This document shows positions 24,326 through 35,692 of a DNA stretch of 64,000 nucleotides, in pieces. Below the pieces are notes generated by a model. The model made no database searches, was not told the origin of the DNA, and was given only the letters and a program-made list of their open reading frames with translations. Position 1 is the first letter of the stretch; each line of letters opens with the position of its first letter. The DNA comes from Podarcis gaigeae (Eukaryota): assembly GCA_964106915.2 (NCBI GenBank), contig OZ066914.1. One strand, written 5' to 3'. The translations under genes and the position numbers were made by a program.

Positions 24326-27300
24326 ATGACAATGAGCACGGGCGCAGTTACAACGGAACCTGTGGGAGGAGACAAGATGAACACACTATGCCAGGAGCTC
24401 TTCCTACCCGGCTCAACAGATGCAGGAAATGAGAACAACCATAGCATCTCCAGTGAGAACTTAGTAGTGGGACAAAGCTTGCTTTTAACAGAGGCTTCTG
24501 TGGTAGGAACAGAAACTGCTGGTGTTGAAATATTTGTAGAAGCCGTGACTAGCAGCATGTCCCTCAGCAATCCTGGCAGCACTACAGGTATGTTGTGCCC
24601 TGATGGGTCTTCGTAATCATGTAAGAATGAACCATTTTGTCACTGTCATCTTTTAGTGTGAGTGGTTTCTGTCATGTAGCATTTGTATTCTAAAGGAACA
24701 TCAGAAAGAAGCCTTAGGATCTTAGGTCTGGTACAAAAGGCCAAGAGACCTGTGAAAGAGTAGTCTGGCTTTTCTGCACCTGATACTGTATTCTGTAATT
24801 GTAAGTTGCTTTGATACATTTTAAGTAGTCAGCAGCGAATAAATGCAAGAAAAATGAGGGTAACGTTTGTACATCTGTTATCTGGGAGAAGGGATATCTG
24901 CCACATTCTGTTATCTGCTTTAGGAATTGGAGAGAATGGAGATTGTGTTCTGATTGGGGTTCCTGGGTCCTTATTATTATCAATTGTCCAGCAAGTCACC
25001 AAGATAAGCTATGACTGTGGCTAGATTTGCTTGAGGTACTGTGAGCAGCTGAGATGGAAAAGGTGCAAGGTGTATTTGCCTAAGAGGAGGAGGCAGGGAT
25101 TTATTTTCACTGTATCTGATGGGATATTGCTGAGCTTGCAATAGGCATGAAGCTTACTGTGGATCTGTTTGCTGCACCTTCATAAGGCTGCTTATGGGAG
25201 CTACCCTTCAATGTCATGGTGATAAATATTGGACTAATGCCGTGGAATATAAGGACCAGAGGCCTTACTATGTTCTTTGAGGTCTACAGTTCTACAGTTT
25301 TGCCTGCAGTGCCTCTGCCATACTCAGTACAAATGACTGAACTATCTTTAGGACTAAGAAGCTAATGTCTTTATTAGGGCAAAGGGACTGATACTCTGTG
25401 CCTCAACATCATCCTCTGCCCCCGTCTCTTTTAACAGTGCTGAGGAGCATGAGGGGTATAGAATATGGGAGAGTGCAATGCGGTGCCTTGGAGGACATCA
25501 AGAGCATAGGATTTGCAGGGTACCATATTTACAGCAAAGTAGGGTAGGATGTTTAATGAAGGAGAAGACACCACTTACAGGGATGTTTAGGTGGTGGCAT
25601 GTGGGAAGGGGGCTTAGGTGTTATTAAGGAGTTGGAAGCTTACAAGGGAGTGATTGGCATCAGTGATATTGCAAAGGAATTTGAGAGGCAAGATTCATAT
25701 AGGTGATACACACTGAGACAGGATAGTAAGGGACACTTTGAAAATTAAGCAGTGGTCCTACCATTGCCCTCCTTCAAATCAAACTGGTGATCTTTTCCTG
25801 TGAAAATGTTTGGGTGTGGTTCTAAACACCTGAAGCATGGAGAGTCCCGTCCCCCCCGCTCCAACCCATTTGAATTGAATCCTGTGTTCTGATAACAGTT
25901 CTTATAGGTGACTCTCCACCTATATGCTGATGGCTGTGACAGAGCTTTGGAGAATCCTTGCCTGTAAGCTGACACAGTTTTTAGTAATTTTTGCCTTGGA
26001 CGAGATTTGAACTAAGGCATGAGGTAGGTGTGTGTGGATTTTTTTCTACCTTATTTTCAGCTGTTTTTTAAAAAAATATCTCCTTACAGAGGTCTTGGTT
26101 AAAGTTGTGGAGCTCTATTTCTGCGAACGGTGTGGGCAGAGCTTCTCTGACCCTGGCCTGCTTTCCCAGCATCAGTGCATTGAGCTTCCCAGAGGACAAC
26201 TTGCAAGCATCCCTCAGCTCCAAGAGCTACCACTGGGCCTTACAAGCCAGAGCCTGGCTGTCTCTGGAGAGCAGTCGACAGTCTATGAGGCACAAGCGCA
26301 GGGCTTGCTGGATAGAAGCAGGCAGGACCCTGAATTCTGTACCGATCCCCTCTTGTGCCCTGTTTGTCAGGTGGAGTTTGCCTTGCCCACTGAGCTGAAG
26401 GAGCATTTCAGGGACCACCAAAAACCTACGGGTCCCCAAGTGTGCTTTGAAGAAGGCTGTCATTTCAGCTCGGAGGATCGCAAGCAACTCCGGGGGCACC
26501 TGCGGCACGTCCACCAGGTGTGCCCAGTCACCTGCACCTACCGTGGCTGCTCGCTCTTATTCCGAAGCCGAGAGGACATGGACCTTCACCGCAGAAGCCA
26601 CTTCCCGTTTCACTGTAGGCACTGTGACTTCATCAGCGGCAACACCAAGCAGTTTGGGCAGCACCGACACAGCCATCTGCAGGAGGCCACACAGCAGGAT
26701 GTGGAGGCAGCGCTGGAGACGGGAGCAGTCGCTGAGAGCACTGAGCACAGCTTCACTGCCATAGTGGGGAAGCGGCTCACCCATCATCTGCTTCTAACAT
26801 CAGGTACTTGGGGCTGAGGAGGAGACTAGGGTGGGCAGAAGGGGGAATGCTTGGGAGCGATGCCAGCCTTAAAAACCCCACTGGATCCTAGGGGTCTCTT
26901 AACTCACTTTTGTGATAGCTTCCACTTCACTTAGAGACAATGCCATAGGCAGAGGTAAAGGGGTGAAGCTCCATTAGTCAGCCGGCTTTGTTTAATGATA
27001 TTGTTTGTGGATGTGGAAAATTATAGCATGAAAAGATGGTGGTAGATTCTGAATGGTGAACCATGGCAGGGAAAGGGATTTGAAATGGTGGGAAAGTTAT
27101 GGGAATGCAGTAGCTGAGAGCAGCTCTTCCTTTGAAAATGCCCAAAGTTTAATTCTCCTCTCTGTCAAACCATGAAGGTCTTATTTCCACTTTTTATGTG
27201 TCTTAATTTTAACCCTCTTTTCTAGTTCCTGTTCTACTTCCCTTTGCCTGGTTCTCAATATGCATTTATTTGCATGTTATCATTTGCTCATCTCAAGCCT

Positions 27301-30300
27301 TTTCTCTATAAAAAAATGGAGTCCCTGGTTTATATTTCATTTTCTTTCCAAGGAAGGGAAGAACCACTAAGCAAGGCTGAGAATTGCTTGGAAGTTCAGA
27401 GTGGTTGGGATGTGACTGAAATGGAGCCTGGCCTGGGGGCACATGTTGCTAGCAGTTATGTGCCTCCTGAGGACTCAGGACCCAAGGAAGACACAGGGGA
27501 TGAATTTCAGGAGGAGGAGGAGGAGGTGGTGGTGGAGAAGGAGAGCTTTGAGAAGAAAGCATCTTCTAAAAGAACAAAGGCTCAGCTGATCAAAGGTAGA
27601 GACTTGTATTAATTTGCGAGCAGTACAGTTTCTGGCATTTCTTAGAAAAGCTTTGCCAAACAGCAAATACACTGGCATATTACAACATGCCCTATATTTG
27701 AAGAGGGTCTCCCTGCCTGAACTGGTTGTTTTCTTTCCTGAGTTCAGAGGCAAACTACTTCACACATTAGTTCCCACTTCTGCTTGGAAATCTATTTGTG
27801 ATGCTTTCTTTTCTTTGGAATGGGGTGGAGCATTGAATGCAATGGCTATTCTCCAGTGGGTGCTAACTGATTCCCAATTATTCCTAAATCTCCTGAGCTA
27901 CTAGAAGCTCTTAAACATAGGGTGGGGTTTTTAGATAAATTTTATATCTGTAAAAAAACCCCTCTATTGTTATAGGCCATTGCAATAATTTTTTATTGTA
28001 GGGTAGAGAGAACATGGGAAGTGATTGCAGTTCGGAGCAACTGTTATTGCTAGAGATGAGAGGCAGGCAAAATAGACTTCTGGAGCATGACCAAAGGCCT
28101 TTTTATTCATTCCTCTGCACTTAAGGCATGCTTCTCTCATTGCAGAAGGTGCGGTTGAGGACTCCAAATACCTGTTCAAGACCCACATGTGTCCGGAGTG
28201 CAAGCGTTGCTTCAAGAAGCGGACTCACCTGGTGGAACACCTTCACCTCCACTTCCCTGACCCCAGGCTGCAGTGCCCAAACTGCCAGAAGTTCTTCACC
28301 AGCAAGAGCAAGCTGAAGATCCACATGATGCGTGAGAACGGGGAGAAGGCCCACCGCTGCCCGCTGTGCCACTACAGCTCTGTAGAGAAGAATGCCCTCA
28401 ACAGGCACATGGCCAGCATGCATGAGGACATCTCCAACTTCTACTCGGACGTCTACTCCTGTCCTGTGTGCAAGGAGACGTTCAAGCTTAGCCATGCCCT
28501 CAAGGAGCATCTGAAGACCCACAAGGCAGAGCCCAAGCAGCTGAGCTGCTTCCAGGCCGACTGCAGCTACTGCACCGAGGACCGCAAGGACTTCCTGCGG
28601 CATGTCAGGGAGGCGCACTACATCAAAGCGGTGGAGTGCAAGTACTATGCCTGCTCCCTGCTCTTCCCCACCGCGGAGGTCATGGAAGCGCATCGCAAGA
28701 CGCACTACGCCTTCCACTGCCAGCAGTGCGACTTCATCTGCTCCAACAAGCACGTCTTCCGCAAGCATAAGAAGCAAGGCCACCCGGGGAGCGAGCAGCT
28801 CCAGTGCAGCTTCTGCCCCTTTGCCACATTCAACTCTGTGGAATTCCACGACCACGTGGGCAAGATGCACGCCAGTGAGAAGATCCACAAGTGCACCGAG
28901 TGCAACTTCGCCACGGCACACAAGAGGGTCCTCATCCGCCACATGCTGCTCCACACAGGCAAGTTTGCTTCCCTGCATGGGGACTCCTAGGGAAGCTCTG
29001 GAACGTGTCAGCTTAGGTTAGACTTGTTCTTCCTGTACAAAATCCTGGCCTTCTGGGGCCAGGTTCTGCCCCACACCTCTTGTTGAAAGACCTAGATTCT
29101 GTACTGGAAAGGGATTGAGATTCTTTAGTAAGATTTAGGCATATTTGCCAGATTTCCGAACTTTAGTCTGATAACAGAATTTCAGTTCTGGTTATAGAGT
29201 TCAACAGTCTTCAGTAGAAAGTTAGATTCCCTGACTAGACTTTTGTTGGAGTTTGTAATTTTTGGCAGCCCATTCCCTATTTCAGTTGCAATTTCCCACC
29301 AGCCTTTCCTTTTCCCAGCTAGCAGCCTTGGATGCAGCTAGGTGAAGGCGCTTAGAGCACTGTTGCATTTACTTGTCCACCCCAACCTCCCAGCAAGCCC
29401 CTCCAGATCAGGAAGGTCTGGCAAGCAAAGGGCAGAAACACGGAGAAGGACTTTCCAGTTTGTGGCCCTGCATGGCGAAGGCACTTGCAGTGCCATGGTG
29501 ATGCAGCGGCCAAGCAGCCCTAGCTTTCCTCCCCACTTTGGAGTGAGAAAGAGGCAGGGATTGGTGCTTAGCCAATGGGATCATTGACACTCACCTCTAC
29601 ACTTGCACTGTGGGAAGGCATGCTTGTTGCTTGTTAACGCTTACTTGAGGGCAGTGCCACACATGGTTAAAACCTGGGCGGCATCCATATGCAGTGACAG
29701 TAAAGCAATATGCTGTGGGAAGGAAGTGCTACCATTTATTTTGGGGTTTTTTGTGGGGCAGGGCAAAGTAGGGCCTCATTTTAAATTGAAAATCTGCTGC
29801 CCTCAAGGGGCACTGCAGGCAGGACTGTCAATCTACAGCTTCCAGTTTGCTCTGTGACTTTAGGAGAGAAGCCTCACAAATGCCAGCTGTGCGACTTCAC
29901 TTGCCGAGACGTGAGCTACCTTTCCAAGCATATGCTGACCCACTCTGATGACAAGAACTACATGTGCACCGAGTGTGGCTATGTGACAAAGTGGAAGCAC
30001 TACCTGAATGTTCACATGCGGAAGCACACGGGAGATCTGAGGTACTGAGAGACCCCCTTCCCCTTCCCCTGGCTTGTTTCCTGTATCAGGAAGTAATTCG
30101 TATGCAGAGCTGAGGCTTTTCTCCTTCCACGGTCTTGACCCACTCTTGTTTTGTGTGCAACCAGGTATCAGTGTAACCAGTGTTCCTACCGCTGCCACCG
30201 GGCCGACCAGCTGAGCAGCCACAAGCTGCGCCACCAGGGCAAGTCCTTGATCTGCGAGGTGTGTGGCTTTGCTTGCAAGCGCAAGTATGAGCTGCAGAAG

Positions 30301-33300
30301 CACATGCAGGCGAAACACTCCCAGAACTACCAGTCTCCTGTCTTCCAGTGTCAGTACTGCAGCTACCAGACCAAATACAAGCAAGCCCTGCTCAACCACG
30401 AGAACTGCAAGCACACCAAGCAGAGGGAGTTCCGTTGTGCCCTGTGCCCTTACCGCACCTTCAGCAATACCAGCCTTTTCTTCCACAAGCGCAAGGTCCA
30501 CGGCTATGTGCCCGGTGACAAGGGCTGGCAGGAGAACTATGCCAGCAAGGAGCTGGAGGTCACCTCGACGGAGGTGCTGCTCAGTTACAACCTGGCCATG
30601 ACCCTCCATGCTGAGCCCAGCCCCTCCCCCCCCAGGAGGCATGACAAAACCAAGGCCCTTATTTCAGAGGTCCAGGAGGAGGATGGCCCCCAGGAGACTT
30701 TCATCATGTCTCTCTTTGGGAGTGAAGGCAATGCTGAGACCGGGAGAGAGGAAGTGGTGGAAGAGCAAGACCATAGTAAGACAGATGCAGCCCCTTCAGA
30801 GGAACTCTCAACCAAAGCCTTTCCAAAGGGCTCAGGGGAATCGGGCAGTATTGGGAAGCCCCTTCCGACTTGCACACTGCATCTGGAGACCCTGTGCAGC
30901 TCTGATCCAGAGCAGCTGGTTGAGGAGATGCCCGCAGCAATGCCAGACAGTGGGGTGGCCCAGAATTGTAAGGAGGTGGAATCGGCCTATGAAGTATTAG
31001 GTTCCAAGGACTCCCTCCTCCTGGAGGACAGCGAATCTGCTCTTGACGACATCCCTGACTTTGAGGAGGAGGCAGAGGTCCATGAGGATAGAGAGATGGA
31101 GCTGGAGAAAGGTGCTGGGTCAAGGACTGTTGAAGAGAACAAAAAAGATGCTCAGCAGGATCTGGGGGACAGAAAGGGTGATGGGCGGGACTCTGAACTT
31201 CAGCAGGCACCACCCAGCCCTGAGCAGGGATTGGGGTGCAAGGAACCCAGTATACAGGAAGCTTGGCCAAAGGGGTCAAAGCAAGATTCTCTTCGACCTG
31301 TTACTGGCCACGAGACTCTCCTTGCCCCAGAAGATATGCTTCCTCCCTCTGAAGAAGGCTCCGATTCAGAATCTGTGCTGAAAGCTCTAAGGAGGCAGGA
31401 TAAGGAGCAAGCGGAAACCCTGGTCCTGGAAGGCAGGGTGCAGATGTTGGTGGTTCAGTCCGAGAGCCGCGTCTTCAAGTGCGAAAAATGCTCTTACATC
31501 ACCAGGAAGGAGAAATCAATGCTGGTGCACTGCAAAGCTGGCTGTCAGGGCAGGAAATGCCCCTTGGTGTGCCAGGAGTGTGGGGCCATTTTCAAGCAGC
31601 AGAGAGGCCTGAATACTCACCTCCTTAAGAAATGTCCGGCCCTCGTGAAGAAGACTGTCGGGAAAGCAGCCTGCTTAGACCAGCCTGCTGCAGTACAGCC
31701 CAATGGCAAGAGCCTAGAAATAGCGGAGGCTAAGAAGAATGGGACAGGAGCCCCGGACGAGGAGGTGAGCAAGCTTCAAAAGGCTTCCTGGGATGCAGAA
31801 CCGAGGCCTGTGAATGCTGAGTCTACAGCCGCTGTCCTTCCCAACACACAGCCCTTGGCCATCAGCTTGCAAGAGAAGCCATCTCAGGATGTCCCTGAAA
31901 CCATGGTAGAAGAACAGTTGCCAGGAGCTACCGCTGACACAGCTAGCTATCCCTTGGAGAAATACTATGTGGAGCAGAGCAAGTTCCACTGCAAAGTTTG
32001 TTCTTTTGCCTGTTCGCGGGTGTCCACCATCCGCTCCCACGTAGAGGACGGCTGCCGTGGCTCAGAGCAGTTCTGCTGCCCGTTGTGCTCTAAGCCGTTC
32101 CGTTCCAAGAGGGCCGTTAAGATCCACCAGTTGGAGGGGCACGTTGAAGCTCATCCCACCCGGCTGCTAGAAAGGACCAAGCGCACGGCGGACTCAGAGG
32201 GCGGAGATCAGCAAGCAAATGGACAAATCATCTGTAAGGAGATGGGTCGGGCCAATGAGCCAGCGGGAGCAAGCTCTCCCCGCCCTGTGGCCACACACAA
32301 GAAGCGGCACTTCTCCTGCCCCTCCTGCCCCTTCACGTGCCACCAGGAGCGTGCCCTGAAGACCCACAAGAAGCGGGGCTGCCTGAAGCTGGGCGAGTTC
32401 CGCTGCACACTGTGCCCCTTCACCTCCAAGGCCGCGGCAGCGCTCCGACTGCACCGCAAACTCCACCACAAGTATTACAGCAGCCGGCCGCAGCTGGCCT
32501 GCCGCCAGTGTGACTTCACCTGCAAGCAGGTGCGCTGCCTGCGCCAGCACGTGCGCATCAAGCACGAGGGCGAGAAGCCCCACAAGTGCCCTTACTGCGA
32601 GTTCAGCACCACCCGGCGCTACCGGCTGGATGCACACCAGTCCTTGCACACGGGCGTGGGCCGCATCGCCTGCCCCACCTGCGGCCAGACTTTCGGCACC
32701 AACTCCAAGCTGCGCATCCACCGCCTGCGGGTCCACGAGAAGAAGCCCACCCACTTCTGCCCGCTCTGCGACTACAGCGGCTACATCCAGAACGACATCA
32801 CCCGCCACGTCAACAGCTGCCACCAGGGGGAGCTGAACTTTGCCTGCGCCCACTGCCAAGCCCGCTTCAGCTCGGAGACGGCCCTCAAGCAGCATGCCCT
32901 GCGCCAGCACGAGGAGAAGGTCTCCTACGCCTGCCCTCGCTGCGCCTTCGTCTGCCACAGCGAGGCCACCCTCAAGTGCCATGTCCAGAAGCAGCACCCA
33001 CACCTGGAGTGCACCACCTGCAAGGCCGCGCTGGCCACCCGTGAGGAGCTGGAGGAGCACAAGAAGCTGCACTTCAGCCACCGCTGCGACATCTGCAGCT
33101 ACGCGGCCAAGGAGCGGCAGCAGCTGGTGAGCCACTACTTGGAGGCCCATGAGCCCCCCGCGGCCAGCGAGAGGCCGCTCAGGTGCTCCTTCTGCGACTT
33201 CGGCTGCTGCCACCAGCTGGTCCTGGACCACCACGTGAAGGGCCACGGTGGCACCCGCATCTACAAGTGCTCTGACTGCGAGTACGCCACCAAGAACAAG

Positions 33301-35692
33301 CAGAAGATCACGTGGCACATCCGCATCCACACCGGGGAGAAGCCTTACAAGTGCCACCTGTGCCAGTACGCCTGCGCTGATCCTTCACGCCTCAAGGTGA
33401 GAGCCGTCCATCCTCGGGATGATGGTTAATAATGATTGCCTTGCCTGATTTGTCCACTCCCTGCCCAATATGTACCTATCTGTTTTCCCTTTCGGAGGGA
33501 CTTAACTTTAGCTTCATTTGTTCTGGTTTTAACTTCCTGTTATAAGATTTAATTGCCACCAGTGGAGGCAAAACCTACCCAGTAATTGTCTAATATGATG
33601 ACCTTTCAGTGACAGACCATATGAAACATCTGTTGCTATCTGGGGGTTTTTTTCAGCCCAGCTAGACTGGCTGCTTCCAGTCTGTGATTCTGGTCTCTTC
33701 CTCCTCTCTTGAAATCTCGCAACTCTCTCTTATGCTTCAGCCAGTCTTGCCCCTCTCCTGCATGCATTTTGAAAGGTGGAAATGAAAAACAAAAACAAAA
33801 CACAAAACTAAGGAGTGCCTCAGATGTGATATGTTAAGTCTGGCCTTTGTTACTGTGACTTTTCAGTGCCTTGCTCTCCGTAGTATTCCCTCTCTGTCCT
33901 CATGCAAGAGGACTATCATCCAGGTTGCCTGCTACAACCACTGATCCACTGGGTGAATTATTTTTTTCTTTATTCAGTTTATCTCCTGCCCTTCCTCCCA
34001 AAGGAGCCCAGGGTACCTGTTGATACATTTGCTTCACTGTTTAGTCTTCCTTGTTTCCTGGGTTCACAATAATGTTCCAATCAAGTAACTGGATTAAACC
34101 ACTTGTGAGGTTGGTGTCCCACATGTGTGACCCCCCCCCCGGTTTGTCTCCCTCTCTCTGCCCAGTATCACATGCGCATACACAAGGAGGAGAGGAAGTA
34201 CCTTTGCCCGGAATGTGGCTACAAGTGCAAGTGGGTGAATCAACTGAAGTACCACATGACAAAGCATACAGGCAAGTGCTTCACTGGAATATGGAGGTCT
34301 GGGAACTCAGGCGCTAGAAAGGGCAGCCTCTGTTCCTCTTGGTGGGATAAAGCCTTGCAGGGCCATGTTCACATGATGTGAAGAGCAGAACCTCTTGTAG
34401 CCTTCCAAAAGCTGTATGCAGAGGCAAACAGTTGGCATGGTCCAGATTTGATAGAGATTTCTTTCATCACAATTGGACTTATGACAGTAGGCACGGTGAT
34501 CTGTAGATTCTTGAAGAAATGTGGCAGCAGTCTGTTCTGTGAAGAACTAGAAAGAATATTGTCCCTTGTGAGATGGTGCTGGTCCACCAGTGCATCTGTT
34601 TTGGGTGGGGATATCAGAGTAAATAACTGACTGTAGCTTTTGGAAGTGTTTGTATGCATCAATTTTTGAAATACGTATCTCACCGCAGGCATTCCTTACA
34701 TGCTAACAAGTTTAGCCCATACCAGTTTCATGCCTGTGCCTGGGAGCAATTGTTGGACCCTTGCAGGCTGAATGGCACTCTTGCTTTCATTGTTCCATCT
34801 CCAATCCTTCTGGTTAATAATGCACTGAATGCCACACTGATGAAATTTGGGCCATGCTTAGAGTATACCCATTGAAATCAACAGGCTTAAGTTAGCCATG
34901 TCCATTGATTTAATATGTCTGCTCTGAGTCTGATACAACCACTTATTTCCATTTGAGAGCATTTCTGCCTAGTAGAATTTGGGGTATTTTTGTAGCCATA
35001 GTTCAAGGCCAACATATGAGGCTGCAGTACTGGGTGGAGATTTGGGGACACTCCTTTCACCAGGGCATGCATCTTCCTGCAGAACATGGATGAGAGGCAA
35101 TGTTGAGCACTGTTGAGGTGGAAGACACATGGGCTGTGGCTTGGTTTTGATGGTCTGGCATCTCCCATCTGCTTCCAGTGTGTTGCTCTGTGCTTTCTAC
35201 ACAGGGATCAAGCCATATCAGTGTGACGAGTGTGAGTACTGCACCAACCGTGCCGATGCCCTGCGCATCCACAAGGAGACGCGCCACCGCGAGGCCCGCT
35301 CTTTCATCTGCGAGCAGTGCGGGAAGGCCTTTAAGACTCGCTTCCTCCTCAAGACGCACCTGAAGAAGCACAGTGAGGAAAAGCCGTACGTCTGCAACGT
35401 CTGCTACCGGGGTTTCCGGTGGGCAGCCGGCTTGCGGCATCACTATCTGACGCACACCAACGAGCACCCTTTCTTCTGCCGCTACTGCAGCTACAAAGCC
35501 AAGCAGAAGTTCCAAGTGATCAAGCATCTGCAGAGGCACCACCCTGAGCAGGGCGGGACAGAGGGGGATCTCAGCAAAGGGGTGGGCAAGGACCCTAGTA
35601 CACTTCCTGTCCACCTACATGATGCTCAGCTGGAGATTCCCCCCTCCAAGCACCCAGAGGTGATCGAGGCCCAGGTGTCACCGCATGGCTAA
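24326..35692 (+). CDS. ZNF142: Zinc finger protein 142 (multi-C2H2); join(24326..24587,26090..26803,27353..27595,28146..28958,29864..30041,30165..33396,34166..34271,35205..35692), 6036 nt, about 2011 aa
   Basis: Diagnostic peptides LFKTHMCPECKRCFKKRTHLVEHLHLHFPDP, ESVLKALRRQDKEQAETLVLEGRVQM, YHMRIHKEERKYLCPECGYKCKWVNQLKYHMTKHTG and GVGKDP..VHLHD match ZNF142. Phases are consistent when two GC donors (28959, 34272) are used. The start codon (24326 or 24332) is less certain. Confidence 0.95.

Noticed and set aside
32194-33357. 387-aa antisense ORF, plus 28121-28978, 29860-30642 and 35057-35614
   Set aside because: Shadows of the GC3-rich ZNF142 finger exons; composition is simply the complement of Cys/His/Lys codons, and there is no independent gene signal.
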